A stretch of DNA of 64,000 bases from positions 62,001-126,000 of the forward strand of contig NW_027140922.1 in assembly GCF_036365525.1 (NCBI RefSeq). The letters run 5' to 3'. A model generated the notes under the pieces. That model did no database searches and was not told the DNA's origin. It saw only the letters and a list, made by a program, of their open reading frames with translations. Below, piece by piece: positions 34,991 through 48,817 of the stretch; within the stretch, counting starts at the first letter, position 1, and each line of letters starts with the position of its first letter. This DNA is from Heterodontus francisci (taxonomy: Eukaryota). The position numbers and the translations under genes are program-made.

Positions 34991-36996
34991 AATCTAATTC
35001 TCCCCCCCAATGTAAACACCCCCCTCCTTTCTGAATACCGTCCCTGTCCCTTCCCCCATTGAGCCACAAGGAGACAGGCAGAGACAGTCGGGGAGCAGAT
35101 ACACAGAGAGGCAAAGAAACACTGGGCTGGACTCGGACTTGGTACCAATGGTGCAAACCAGGATGGAGGGCAGGAGGGTGGTTGTGAATCCGGCTGCCCG
35201 TTCAGCATCTCTCCCCTGTTTTTACCTCAATGGGACCAAAACTGGGCAGAGATGGAAAGCAGGATCCCAGTTTACAATCACCCTGTGCACACACCAAGGC
35301 AGTGAGTTCAAATCCACCCCCAGACAGAGGGACAGAGACACAGAAAACAGATCCTGGGATTAGGACAGAACAGAGAGAGAGAGAAATAAATGGAAAGGGA
35401 GATGGAGAATGACATGCAGGGAGTCCGAAACCAGTGAGAGAAACTCAGAACAGAGGGTCAGAATACCGAGAAGGACAGAGAGAGACATGGAGACATACAG
35501 AGAGAGAGAGCTGGAGATGTAGTGAGAGAATGCAGCAGCGATGAAGATATTGAGAAAGATCCCAGACAAAGAGAGATACAGAGACAGAAAGATGTGGCGG
35601 GGCAGAGATACAAAGTAAGATGTGTTTACAGAATAGCAAGAGGTGTCCTGGGACAGGGGGGAGGGAAATGCAGAGATAATCTTGCAGGAAAGGAGGAGCA
35701 GAGATGGAAAGATTCAGGGATTTGGAAGTGATTGAGAGAACAAGTGGAGAGAGAGAGAGAGAAAGATGCAGAGAGTCGCAGAAAGAGTGGCAATGGAAAC
35801 GTGAGACTCCAGAGACAGGCAGAGATAGAAAGGATGTTGAGAGATACAGTGATAGGAATTTAAAGATGTGAAGAAACAGAGCTAGGAGGAAGGTGCAGGG
35901 AACAAGTGCAGCAAAAGATGGAGAGGGGGAAATCTAGGGGATTACATTGACTGTTCTGGAGCAGCTCTTTCCCAAACTATTCCCTTCGGGAGCTCCCTCC
36001 AGCCCCCTCCCCTGTGGCAAAAAAAAAATCCACAGAGCCTCTGAAAACACAAAATCAAAATACTGCAGATGCTGGAAATCTGAAATAAAAAGTGTGTTAG
36101 AAATACTGAGCATTTCCAGCACTTTGTTTTTCTATCAGCCCCGAAAACACACCGTTTTCTTTTCTGTATCTTGAAATGAATTTGACAATGACACATATAT
36201 ATTTATTATTATTTTCCTCTCTGGTTATAGCTCTTGTCTGAGAATTCCAGGTGGCCAAACGATTCTTCCTCTGCATCATCACAGCTGCAGCTTCCGAAAA
36301 GATTCTCCTTGGGAATAAGAGAAATAAAATTGATTCAAACACAGCAAAGCATTTTGGAACAGAAATAAAACACAGCAAGAGCCCAGAGCTCTTTCTCTCA
36401 CTCACTGACATAAAACAATCTCTCAGTGACTCCCCGTCTTGCAAATACATCCCCCGACACAGAGCCAGAGACTGGGAAGTGTGGATGTGTTTACCCTGTC
36501 CTTTCCTGCTGTCTCTCAATTTCTCTCTCTCTCTATTTCTCTGTGTGTCTCTCTCATCTGTTTCTGCCTCATTCTAAAAACACACAAACACTGGTGACCC
36601 CCATCCCCTATCCTGTCGAAGGATAGAAAGAAATTGCCACATTCCCATCCCTGAAAATCAGAATTCAAATGGCCCCCAGGTGTTTCATTTCACTGTCAAA
36701 TTAACCCACAGTCTAAAACACCAGCATTATTCGGGAATGAGAACAAACCTTCACATTTCACCCATTTCATTGCTGATTCACAGAAGTATCTGACACTCAA
36801 TGAATTCATTTTTAAAGTGGTCGGCAATGTTGGAAATGCTGTCGGCCACTGTTGCACAGCAAGATCCCACAAGCAGCAGTGTGATCAAAGTCGGCTATCC
36901 CTCCTCCCCCTCTAATACCCTCCATGTTTCCCTCACTCCTGCGTCTCTCCCTCCTGTTACTCTCATTCAGAGAGACAGATGGGGAGAGAGAGAGAA

Positions 36997-37717
36997 TCAC
37001 AGAATAATACTGTGCAGAAGAGGCCCTTCGGCCCATCGAGTCTGCACCGATGCATTAAAGACACCTGACCTGTCTACCTAATCCCATTTACCAGCAATTG
37101 GCCCATAGCCTTGAATGTTATGACGTGCCAAGTGCTCATCCAGGTACTTTTTAAAGGATGTGAGACAACCTGCCTCTACCACCCTCCCAGGCAGGGCATT
37201 CCAGACTGTCGCCACCCTCTGGGTAAAAAAGCTCTTCCTCAAATCCCCCTTAAACCTCCCGCCCCTCACCTGAAACTTGTGACCCCCTCGGAACTGACCC
37301 TTCAACTAAGGGGAACAGCTGCTCCCTATCCACCCTGTCCATACTCCTCATAATCTTGTACACCTCGATAAGGTCACCCCTCAGTCTTCTCTGCTCCAGT
37401 GAAAACAACCCAAGCCTATCCAACCTCTCTTCATAGCTTAAATATTCCATCACAGGCACCATCCTGGTGAATTGCCTCTGCACCCCCTCCAGTGCAATCA
37501 CATCCTTCCTATAATGTGGTGACCAGAATTGCACACAGTACTCCAGCTGTGGCCTTACCAAAGTTCTATCCAACTCCAACATGACCTCCCTGCTTTTGTA
37601 ATCTATGCCTCGATTGATAAAGGCAAGTGTCCCATATGCCTTTTTCACCACCCTATTAACCTGCCCTTCTGCCTTCAGAGATCTATGGACAAACACGCCA
37701 AGGTCCCTTTGTTCCAG
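36997..37717 (-). mobile_element. Relatively intact 5'-truncated CR1 LINE
   Basis: ORF 37250-37720 [39 protein letters not shown] plus 3' tail. Confidence 0.92.
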
Positions 37718-38344
37718 CATTATTCAGGAATTATAACAAGGCTTTAGACAGCTTCACCTTTCGGATGTTTAATTTACTCGAGCAAGGTGGGCCCCAGAGA
37801 GAGGGAATTAAACCTCGGCCTAATGAACAGACACAACTCACGTGGGCCCACTGGGTGCAGCCTGTGGACAAGGCCTCAGTCCGTCCCCTCTGGAGGAAGC
37901 TCCTGTCCAAGGATTCCTCGTCCCAGACTTTCCCTCTTTTCACCTTCACCATGCAGTTTTCAGAATGAAAATTCCTCGGGAAAGAAGGAGAAAAAATTGC
38001 ATTAAAATACAAAGCAAGGACATTTTAAAACAAAATAGCACAGCAAGAGCCCAGGGTTTCCCCTCTCAGTTTCAGAGGCAATCAGCAATATTCAAAGCGA
38101 ATCAAATCACAGTTATAAACCAGATTGAGACAGAGAGAACACACACACACAGATACACAGACACACACACTGAATCAGACTGGGGAATGTGTCTATTCTC
38201 TCTCGAGAGAGAGAGTGAAAGGTGGGTTTTGTGATTGGAACTGGGATCTTCCTACCCAGATATATACTGAGTGAGCTGTTTGTAAACTCCACCCCTTGAG
38301 TCTCTGACATGTTGGGCTGTCTCTCAATCTCTTGCCTCGGGGGC

Positions 38345-38515
38345 CTGTCCATTGATATGTTAATCCCAGGACAGGACCTTCCTGACTCTTCCAGTCCATT
38401 GATTTGTTAATCCCAGGACAGGACCTTCCTGACTCTTCCAGTCCATTGATATGTTAATCCCAGGACAGGACCTTCCTGACTCTTCCAGTCCATTGATATG
38501 TTAATCCCAGGACAG
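38345..38515. repeat. 47-bp minisatellite (~3.5 copies)
   Basis: gtccattgatatgttaatcccaggacaggaccttcctgactcttcca. Confidence 0.9.
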
Positions 38516-39377
38516 CAATGCTTTCAGCCATTTCTTGGTTAATTTTAAATCTTGAATGCTTTCCCTGCAGTTTGAAAATATCAAACACTGATCCAACACT
38601 CTTGAGAAATATGTCATAGTGTCATCAAACAAAGTCAACATGGTTTCACGAAAGGGAAATCTCCTTTTAATTTTCTCTGCTCTAAGGAGAACAAGCCCAG
38701 CTTCTCCAGTCTATCAGTGTAACTGTAATAATCTCATCCAGGAACCGTTCCAGTAAATCTCTTCTAAACATTCACCAAAGCCTCCATGTCCTTCCTAAAG
38801 TGTGGTCCCAGAATTGGACACAATACTCCAACTGGGGACAAACTATTATTTTATAAAGGTTGAGCATCACTTCCTGACTTTTGCACTCTCGATCTCTGTT
38901 TATAAAGCTCAGGATCCCATCTGCTTTATTAACCCATCAGCGAAGAGAGAAATTCTCTCCATTGACCGGTTCCATTAGACATGAATCCTTGAGTCATTCC
39001 AAGGCTGGCGGGAGGGTTTAGGGGAGACCAGAGAGAACCCTGACCTGGTCAGTTTTTATCAAACAGGAAACCATCAGTACATTGGCACCAATGGGGTGGA
39101 AGGAAGCTTCCTATAGTGATAACATTCCCAGCTGCGGATCAGTGGATACAGGGGTCAAATCCATCTCCACACCATCCCAGTGACTGTACACTGGGGATCT
39201 GCCTCTCAATTCTGTGTAACATCTAGAGAGCTATTCAGCTGTGTGATCCATCCCACCTTTCTCTCACTACCTGTCCACCTCGCCCTCTGCCTCTCCCCCT
39301 CACTCGCTGTGTCTCTCCCTCTTTCAACACCACTTTCTCTCCCTCTCTCTCTCTCCCCTCTCTCTATCTCTCTCTCT

Positions 39378-40080
39378 TTGCAGTGTCCCACTAGTCACAG
39401 CCTGCCAACCTGAAAATGACCCATTTATTCCTACTCTCTGTTTCCTGTCCATTAACCAGTTCTCAATCCATGCCAGTATCTTCCCCCCAATCCCATGTGC
39501 TCTCATTTTGTTTACTAACCTCTTGTGTGGGATCTTATCAAAAGCTTTCTGAAAATCGAAATCTATCACATCCACCGGTTCCCCCTTATCTATTCCGCTA
39601 GTTACGTCCTCAAAAAAACTCCAACAGGTTTGTTAAAGATGATTTCCCTTTCATAAATCCATGTTTACTCTGACCAATCCTACCATTATTTTCGAAGTGT
39701 CTGCTTATCACATCCTTTATTATAGATTTGAGAATTTTCCCTATGACTGATGTTAGACTAACAGGTCCGTAGTTCCCCATTTTCTCTCTCCCTCCTTTTG
39801 TAAATAGTGAGGTTACAATTGCTACCTTCCAATCTGCAGGAACCATTCCAGAGTCTATTGAATTTTGAAAGATGACCACCAATACATCAACTATCTCTAC
39901 AGCCACCTCTTTCAACACTCTGGGATGTAGATCATCAGGTCCAGGGGATTTATTTACTTTCAGACCCATTCATTTGTCTCGTACTATTTTTTACTAATAT
40001 TTCTACCTTGCAGTTCATCATTGACACTAGTTCCCTGATTCTCCATTATTTCTGGGAGGTTTTTAGTATGTTCCTCTGTG
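39378..40080 (-). mobile_element. CR1 LINE RT fragment; duplicate ~51616-52340
   Basis: KSPGPDDLHPRVLKE..HGFMKGKSSLTNLLEFF..DFQKAFDKIPHKRL RT motifs. Confidence 0.92.
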
Positions 40081-40156
40081 TAGACAGACACAAAGTATTT
40101 GTTTAGTTTCTCTACCATTGTCCTAGGATGAGAGACTGAGTAAATTGGACCTGTAT

Positions 40157-40903
40157 TCTCTGTTACCCTCTGAATCCCAGTCTCTCCCTCTCTGTTACCC
40201 TCTGAATCCCAGTCTCTCCCTCTCCATTACCCTCTGAATCCCAGTCTCTCCCTCTCTGTTACCCTCTGAATCCCAGTCTCTCCCTCTCTGTTACCCTCTG
40301 AATCCTAGTCTCTCCCCCTCTGTTACCCTCTGAATCCCAGTCTCTCCCCCTCTGTTATCCTCTGAATCCCAGTTTCCCCCTCTCTGTTACTCTCTGAATC
40401 CCAGTCTCTCCCTCTCTGTTACCCTCTGAATCCTAGTCTCTCCCTCTCTGTTACCCTTTGAATCCCAGTCTCTCCCTCTCTGTTACCCTCTGAATCCTAG
40501 TCTCTCCCCCTCTGTTACCCTCTGAATCTCAGTCTCTCCCTCTCTGTTACCCTCTGAATCCCAGTCTCTCCCTCTCTGTTACCCACTGAATCCCAGTCTC
40601 TGCCCCTCTGTTACCCTCTGAATCCCAGTCTCTCCCTCTCTGTTACCCTCTGAATCCCAGTCTCTCCCTCTCTGTTACCCTCTGAATCCCAGTCTCTCCC
40701 TCTCTGTTACCCTCTGAATCCCAGTCTCTCCCTCTCTGTTACTCTCTGAATCCCAGTCTCTGCCCCTCTGTTACACTCTGAATCCCAGTCTCTCCCCCTC
40801 TGTTACCCTCTGAATCCCAGTCTCTCCCTCTCTGTTACCCACTGAATCCCAGTCTCTGCCCCTCTGTTACCCTCTGAATCCCAGTCTCTCCCTCTCTGTT
40901 ACC
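40157..40903. repeat. 32-bp minisatellite (~23 copies; ~16 copies at 52394-52915)
   Basis: Unit tgttaccctctgaatcccagtctctccctctc. Confidence 0.93.
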
Positions 40904-40988
40904 TAATCCGAACTTTATAAATGTTCAGCATAACCTCCCTGATAGAGGTTGAAATGGAACACACAAGAACACGAAACCCCCAACACCA

Positions 40989-41342
40989 TTTTTTTTAGAT
41001 TAGAGATACAGCACTGAAACAGGCCCTTCGGCCCACCGAGTCTGTGCCGACCATCAACCACCCATTTATACTAATCCTACACTAATCCCATATTCCTACC
41101 AAACATCCCCACCTGTCCCTATATTTCCCTACCACCTACCTATACTAGTGACAATTTATAATGGCCAATTTACCTACCAACCTGCAAGTCTTTTGGCTTG
41201 TGGGAGGAAACCGGAGCACCCGGAGAAAACCCACGCAGACACAGGGAGAACTTGCAAACTCCACACAGGCAGTACCCAGAATCGAACCCGGGTCCCTGCA
41301 GCTGTGAGGCTGCAGTGCTAACTACTGCGCCACTGTGCCGCC
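40989..41342 (-). mobile_element. Full-length V-SINE (HE1-like, tRNA-derived) with CACCA target-site duplication
   Basis: Minus strand: A/B boxes (tggcgcagtagttag, ggttcgattct), V-domain gtgtggagtttgca..ctccggtttcctcccaca, CR1-like tail; absent from the duplicate at ~52996. Confidence 0.9.
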
Positions 41343-42218
41343 CACCAGATTGGACAGAACATGGGAATATTTTATGAAGGGTCTGTTGGTTGATTTTTAC
41401 TGATGTGTAGATTTTGCAGTCTCTGTGTGTCGGTTTGTGTGTGAATCAGTGTCTGTATCTGTGTGTGTGTCTCTGCTTCTGCTGCGTTTGACCCGGTCTC
41501 AGTTTGTACTGCACAAGACCATTTCTCTGTTTATAATATAATAGGCCCTGTCTTTACTCTGTATCTAACCCCATGCTGCCCCTGTCCTGGGAGTGTATGA
41601 TGGGACAGTGCAGAGGGAAATTTACTCTGTCTCACCCCACACTGTGCTTGGCTTGGGAGTGTTTAATGGGACAGTGTAGATGGAGCTTTACTCTGTATCC
41701 CTGGAATTTAGAAGATTAAGGGGCGATTTGATCAAAGTTTTCAGAATATTAAGTTAAACTGATCGGGTAGACAGAGAGAAACTATTCCTACTGGCTGCAG
41801 AGTCGAGAACTTGTGGACATAGTCTAAAAATCTAAACATAGTCTAAAAACCATTCAGGATTGAAATGAAGAAACATTTCAACACACCAGGTGTGGTATCA
41901 GTTTGGAACTCTCTTCCACAAACAGCAATCGATGCTGAGACACTTGTTAATTTTTAAATCTGAGATTGATGGATTTTTACTGACAAAAGTTATGAAGTGA
42001 TATGGGGCAAAGACAGGTATATGGAGTTAGATCACAGATCAGTCATGATCTCATTGAATGAGGGAACAGGGTTGAGGGGCTAAATGGCCTCCTCCTCTTC
42101 CTCTGTCCTCTGACAAATATCCTGCTATCACTCTCGGTGTCTGGGTCACCCTCTCGGTCTGTATCTCCCTCTTTGTGTCTCTTTCTGTCTGTCTGTCTCT
42201 CCTTCCCTCCTCTCTCAG

Positions 42219-42527
42219 AACATCAGTCAGCCATTTTAGGTTTTCAGTGGGCATTTTATGTTACCACAGCACTGGGACATTTATATCAGAGACTGACTCC
42301 TCACTAATGTCAGGTTAGTGTTTTAAACTTGACAGAGAGACAGATCCTGGGATTCTTTCGAATGTAGCTTCTCATCCTGAAAAGTGTTAACTAACGTGTT
42401 GGGAAATGTGTCAAAAGCTGTTTCCATTCAGACATTCCTGCATTGGGGAAGTGTGAGCGATCTTTGCAGAGACAGGAAATAGATGGACCTGCAGGTTTTG
42501 GTTGATACAATAAGGTGAGAATTTGAT
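42219..42527 (+). pseudogene. Decayed two-exon remnant (42219-42313, 42432-~42527), possibly SRCR-like
   Basis: Polypyrimidine/AG acceptors and GT donor; junction reads ..LLTNVR|HSCIGEV; in-frame stops. Confidence 0.3.
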
Positions 42528-43224
42528 GATCCAGAAGGAATAGCCTCCATTTTAAACATCCAGCAAGCTATTCCACTGTGGGAGCCATCACACCCTCATG
42601 ATATTGGTTGTGTAAATTTCATGCTGGCTTATTGGTTAATTTTAACTCTGGAATTGATAGATTCTTGTTAACCAAAAGTATTAAGAGATAAGGGTCAAAG
42701 GTGGAATACATGGTGTTAGTTAGATCACAGATCATCCCTGATCTCATTGAATGCTGGAACAGGGTTGAGGGGTTAAATTGCCTCCTCCTCTTCCTCTGTC
42801 CGATGTTAAATATCCTTCTTTCACTCTCAGTCACCCTCTCGGTCTGTGTCTCTCTGTTTCTCTCTTTCTCTCTCTCTCTCTCTGTTTCAGACAGTGTAGA
42901 GTGAGATTCACTCTGTATCCACCCCATGATGTTCCTGCCCTGGGAGTGTCTGATGGGACAGTGTAGAGGGAAATTTACTCTGTGTCTAACCCAACATTGT
43001 GCTTGGATTGGGAATGTTTAATGGGACAGTGTAGCTGGAGCTTTACTCTGTATCCCTGCAATTTAGAAGGTTCTGAGGTGATTTGATGAATGTTTTCAAG
43101 ATAATATGGAAATAATAAAGATTCAATTTGGAGCTTGCAAACTGTAAATTGAATTTAGCTTCATCCTGAAAACTGGTAGCAAACGTGTTGGGAAATGTGT
43201 CAAAAGCTGTTTCCATTCAGTTAA

Positions 43225-43930
43225 GTTTGATGTCAATGTTTCCCCAGGATGTTGATGCTGGGGGATTCAGCGATGGGATAATGCTTTGAATGCCAAGGGG
43301 AGGTGGTTGGATTCTCTCTTGTTGCAGATGCTCATTGCCTGGCACTTGTGTGACGTGAATGTTACTTGCCACTGGTCGGCCCAAGCCTGAATGTTGTCCG
43401 GGTCTTGGTGCATGTGGCTGTGGATTGCTTCATTATCTGAGACAAATTACTGTGGATGCTGGAAATCTGGAAACCATCGAGCTGAATCACTAACTCTGTT
43501 TCTCTCTCCACAGATGCTGCCTGACCTGCTCAGTATTTCCAGCATTTTCTGCTGGGATTTCATTATCTGAGGAGGTGCAAATGGAACTGAACACTGTGCA
43601 ATCATCAGTGAACATCCCCACTTCTGACCTTCCAATGGAGGGCAGGTCATTGAGGAAGCAGCTGAAGATGGTCGGGCCTCGGACACTACCCAAAGGTTGG
43701 AGAGAGAGATATTGTTGGGGTGGATTGAAAGGGAGAATGTAAGATATATTAATTTGATATAATCCTGCAGTGATGTCCTGGGACTGAGCTGATTGACCTC
43801 CAACAACCACAACCATCTTCCTTTGTGCTCGGTATGATTCCAACCAGTGGAGTCCCACTGACTTCAATTTTACTCGGGCTCCTCGATGCCACACTCGGTC
43901 AAACACTGCCTTGATGTTAAGGTCAGTCTC
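43225..43930 (-). mobile_element. L2/CR1-superclade LINE RT fragment with internal insertions
   Basis: FDRVWHRG..LHWLESY..KMVVVVGGQ..DITAG..GSVRGPTIFSCFLNDL..MFTDDC. Confidence 0.8.
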
Positions 43931-45419
43931 TCTTCCCAGTAGCAGAGAAGAGTGAATCGTTCCCTTTGACCCGTTGTGTACTGAACATGCTCTGCTTCTT
44001 CACAGCCTGATACAGGACTGTACACGGCCGATTAATGTAGCCCATCAAACACTCCGAGAGCAGGTTCAGCACAGCTTAGGAAGAGAGTACAGTTCCTTCA
44101 ACATTCTCTCTCTGTCTTCCTCTCTCTGTCTCTCCCTCCTGCTATCTCTGACACAAGGAGAGAGGGTTAGATATGCAGACAGAGAGAGAGGGCTGTCGAG
44201 AGGGACAAGGTTGGAGAGAGAGATATTGTTGGGGTGGATTGAAAGGGAGAATGTAAGATATATGAATTTGATGTAATCCTTCACTGCTGTGTGTACAAAC
44301 ATATAAGAGATAGATATGGAGAGAGAAACATCCGGAGAGATCCAGAGGGAATATCCTCCATTTTAAACATCCAGCAAGCTATTCCACTGCGGGAGCCATC
44401 GCACCCTCATGATATTGGTTGAGGACATTTTGAAATCTGTGCCCTTTTTTATGTACCTCTGTGCTAAGGTAAATAGGTCCTCCCTATCCACTCTATCGAG
44501 GCCCCTCATAATTTTATACACCTCAACTCCATCTCCCCTCAGACTCATCTGTTCCAAAGAAAACAATCCCAGCCTGTCCAATCATTCCTTTGGATTTCTT
44601 TGTCATTTTAGATCTCTCTTCTGCAAACAGGAATTCATGCTGGCTTCATTGTTAATTTTTAAATCTGGGATTGATAGATTCTTGTTAACAAAAGGTATTA
44701 AGAGATAAGGGTCAAAGGTGGGATATATGGTGTTAGTTAGATCACAGATCAGCCCTGATCTCATTGAATGCTGGAACAGGGTTGAGGGGTTAAATTGCCT
44801 CCTCCTCTTCCTATATCCGATGTTAAATATCCTTCTTTCACTCTCAGTCTCCCTGTCTGTCTGTGTCTCTCTCTTTCTCTCTTTCTCTTTCTGTCTCTCT
44901 CTCTCTGTCTGTTTCGGACAGTGTAGAGTGAGATTCACTCTGTATCCACCCCATGATGTTCCTGCCCTGGCAGTGTTGGATGGGACAGTGTAGAAGGAGC
45001 ATTACTCTGTATCTAATCCATGCTGTACCTGTCTGGGGAATTTTGATGGGAGAGTGCAAGCAGAGAGGTCCGGGACCAGTGTCCTCATGGGGAGGACTTA
45101 ATGGTGCCTCCTAATTGACTAGTTATCAATATTGGTGCTCCATGGATGAAAGGGGCTGTGGCTGAGTGGATATGACATTGGCTGAGAGAGTGGACAATGG
45201 TTGTTTCAGACTGGAGGGAGGTATACAGTGGAGGATCATATTAGGACCACTGATCTTTTTGATATATACTAATAACTTGGACTTGGGTTTCCAGGGCATA
45301 ACTTCAATGTTTACCAATGTTTGTGACATCTATAATGTAATAAACAGGGAAGGGACTAGTAGCAGACTTCAGGAGGATAGAGGCAGTCTGGTGAAATGGA
45401 ACACACAAAAACAAATGAA

Positions 45420-46280
45420 TTAGGAGCAGGAGTAGGCCATTCAGCCCATCGAGCCTGCTCTCCCATTCGATGGCTGATCTGATTGGGAACTCAACTCCAC
45501 TTTCCTGTCTGCCCCCCATAACCCTCGACTCCCTGGTTGATCATAAATCTATCTAACTCAGCCTTGAATATATTCAATGATCCAGCCTCCACTGCTCCCT
45601 GGGGAAGAGAATTCCACAGACTAACCACCCTCTGAGAGAAAAACATTTCTCCTCATCTCAGTCTTAAATGGGAGAGCCCTCATTTTAAACTGTGTCCCCT
45701 CGTTCTAGACTCCCCAACAAGGTGAAACATCCTCTCAGCATCCACCCTGTCCAGTTCCCCTCAGGACCTGAGATGTTTCAATAAGATCACCTCTCATTCT
45801 TCGAAACTCCAGTGGGTATCGGCCCAACCTGTTCAACCTTTCCTCATAAGATAACCCCTTCATCCCAGGTATCAGTCGAGTGAACCTTCTCTGAACTGCT
45901 TCTAATGCAGTTATATCCTTGATTAAGTAAGGAGACCAAAACAGTCCACATTACTCCAGATGTGGTCTAACTAAGGTCCTGTACAGCTGTAACAACACTT
46001 CCCTACTTTTATATTCTATTCCCCTTGTAATAAACAACACAGTTCCATTTGCCTTCGAACCACTCGCTGTACCTGCATAGTAACATTTAGTGATTCATGT
46101 ACCAGGACCCCCAGATCCCTCTGTACCGGACAGTTCTGCAGTCTCTCTCCATTTCAATAATATACTGCTATTTATTCTTCCTGACACATTCTACTCCATC
46201 TGCCAAATGTTTGTCCACTCACTTTACCGATCGAAATCTCTTTGTAGACTCTTTATGTCCTCTTGACAGTTTACTATCCA
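45420..46280 (-). mobile_element. Degenerate CR1 LINE 3' region (further fragments ~47400-47780, ~54630-54935)
   Basis: gagtaggccattcagcccatcgagcctg 3' end; [18 protein letters not shown] in ORF 54748-54999. Confidence 0.75.
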
Positions 46281-46654
46281 ACCTATCATTGGACAGACAC
46301 AGGCAGGTTAACTTCAATGCTGAGAAATGTGAAGTGATGGATTTTGGAAGGAAGACTGGGAGAGGCAATATAAACTAAATGGTACAATGTTAAAATGGGT
46401 GCAGGAAGAGAGAGGCCTTACACATACAGGAGCTGACAGTCTCTCTCTCTCTTTCTCTCCCCATTTCACTCTCTCTCTCTCTCTTTCAATCCTGATCCTG
46501 ACTTTTCTCGGAATCCTTCTTGGTTGAATAGTTCCCTGAAATGTTTCAGTCTCACTGTTACAAGGAACAAGTCACATTTCTGTGATATTTTCGATATCTT
46601 AATGATTCAATTTGGAGCTTGGATTGTGTCAGGTAAATGTGGTTTCTCATTCAG

Positions 46655-46916
46655 ACATTCCTGCTTTGTGGAACTGTCAGTTATCTGTGCAGGGACAGGA
46701 TATCGGGGTGTTTGAATGGAGTTGAAGATTTTGGTTGCGAGAATAGGGTGTGAATTAGATTGTGGATTGTGTCCCTGAATGTCTTTAAGCCGATGTCCTG
46801 AGAGAATGAAGTGGTTTACCAATGTCTGAATAACATCAAAGTCTTTAGACACATGAAAGAACAAGATTGGGGACAATATACAAAAGCTGAGACAGTCAGA
46901 CAACAACAGGAGGAAG
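46655..46916 (+). pseudogene. Decayed exon, possibly SRCR-like (paralog ~54085-54348)
   Basis: ttcag acceptor, GTGAAT donor; HSCFVELSV..GYRGV*MELKILVARIGCELDCGLCP*..EVVYQCL. Confidence 0.3.
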
Positions 46917-48785
46917 GTGAATGTCTTTTACAGTTTGTAATCTGAAAGCCTGAGCTAATGACTGAAAAAGCAGGAGTTCAAATCCCACATTGGGTTCTTG
47001 TGAATTTGAATTTCTCTGAAAATAAAAAATAACTCTGGAATAATAAATCCTCCAAGATGAAATGATTCCCTCTCACTGCTCTGACACTCATTTACCTTCA
47101 AGTAGCTTTTTCCAGTCCACTTTTTCTAAATCACCTTCCACCGGCCCAGCTTCATTCCCTAAAACTAAGTGTAAAACTGACCCATCTCTTGTTGTCCTTG
47201 CTATGTACTGGCCTGAAAAAGTTCCCCTGAATGTATATTTAGAATTCTGTATCCTCGATACCTTTTACACTAGTCTCAGTTATCAATGCACTAGTTAGGT
47301 CTGCACTAGACCCTGTCTCTGTTTATATTACACATGGCCCTGTCTCTGCTATAAAAATGGCTTAAAAAGTGGAGAGAAAACCCTCCATTTTATCCACAAG
47401 ATCCGAAGAGATAGGAACAGGAGTAGGCCATTCAGCCCATTGAGCCTGTTCTGCCATTCTCTAAGATCATGACTGATCTGATAGTGACCTTAACTCCACT
47501 TTCCTGTCTGCCCCCCATAACCCTTGACTCCCTTGTCGATGATAAATCTGTCTAACTCAGCCTTGAATATATTCAATGATCCAACCTCCACTGCTCTCTG
47601 GGGAAGAGAATTCCAAAGTCTAGCCACCCACTGAGATAAAAAAAATTCCTCCCCATCTTTGTCATAAATGGGAGACCCTTTATTTTTAAACTGTGCCCCC
47701 TCGTTCTAGACTCCCCCACAAGGGGAACATCCTCCCAGCATCCGCCCTGTAAAGTCCCCTCAGAATCTTGTATGTTTCAGTTCCATTAGACATGAATCTA
47801 TGAGTCGTTCCAAGGCTGGCGGGAGGGTTTAGGGGAGATCAGAGAGAACCCCCGACCTGGTCAGCTCTTTTCGAACACGAAACCATCAGTACATTGGCAG
47901 TGATATTACTAAAGCCCTGAGGAAGACAGGATGAGGCCATTCGGCCCCTCCAACCTGTCCAGCCCATTCAATCAGGTCATGGCTGATTTGCTCCTTCTCC
48001 ACATCGAGCTGTCTCGGCTCCGTAAACATTAATACCCTTTCCTAACAAATCTCTACCGGCAATCAGGAATTAATGTCACTGCCTGTTAACACTGGGGAAT
48101 TCCTTCCCTCAACCTCTCCGTCTTTCTGTCTCTCATTCCTGCTTAAAGACGTTCCTTAAAACTAACCTTTTTGACCAAGCGTTTGGTCATCAGCCTTAAT
48201 CTCAACTTCTGTGGGTTTGGGGTCAGATTTTGTTTTATAATGCACCCGATGTAGCACCTTTGGGACTTTTTAATCCTCACCTTCTCCCTCACCCAGTCCG
48301 TCTCTCTCTCTCTCTCTCTCTCTCCTCCTCACCTCTAAGACAAGTATATCCATCCTTCAGTACTGAGACCAGGACTGTACACAGTACTCCAGGTGTGGGC
48401 TCACCAAACCCTGTCCCATTACAGCAAGACTTCCTCACTCTTGTACTCTAACCCCTTTGCAATAAAGGCCAACACTCCATTTGCTGTACCTGTGTGTTCA
48501 CTTTCTGTGCTTTGTGTACAAGGACACCCAAATCCCTCTGAACACCAACATTTCATCGTTTCTCACCATTTGAAAAATGTTCTGTGTTTCTATTCTTCCT
48601 GCCAAAGTGAAGAACCTCCTCACCCGACTCTCTCTCTCTCACTCCCTCAACTTGTTTCTGTCTCTCTCCCTCAGCCCATCTCTCTCTCTCTAACTCTCCC
48701 TCTCTCTCGATCTTTCTCCCCCTCACCCTGTCTCTCTCTCTCCCCCCTCACCCTTTGTGTCTCTCTCTCCCCCTCCCTCAGCCCG

Positions 48786-48817
<32 letters not shown>

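Larger units (their letters stand above)
38598..42480 (+). repeat. Segmental duplication, copy 1 (copy 2 ~50837-54130)
   Basis: Colinear near-identical sequence including CR1 fragment, 32-bp minisatellite and decayed exons. Confidence 0.92.

Noticed and set aside
35650-35661. GGGACAGGGGGG resembling the conserved TRBD1 core
   Set aside because: No heptamer/nonamer on either side; lies in GA-rich low-complexity DNA
40157-40903. CRISPR-like regular 32-bp repeats (also 15430, 34232, 38345)
   Set aside because: Head-to-tail repeats with no unique spacers, no cas genes, vertebrate context
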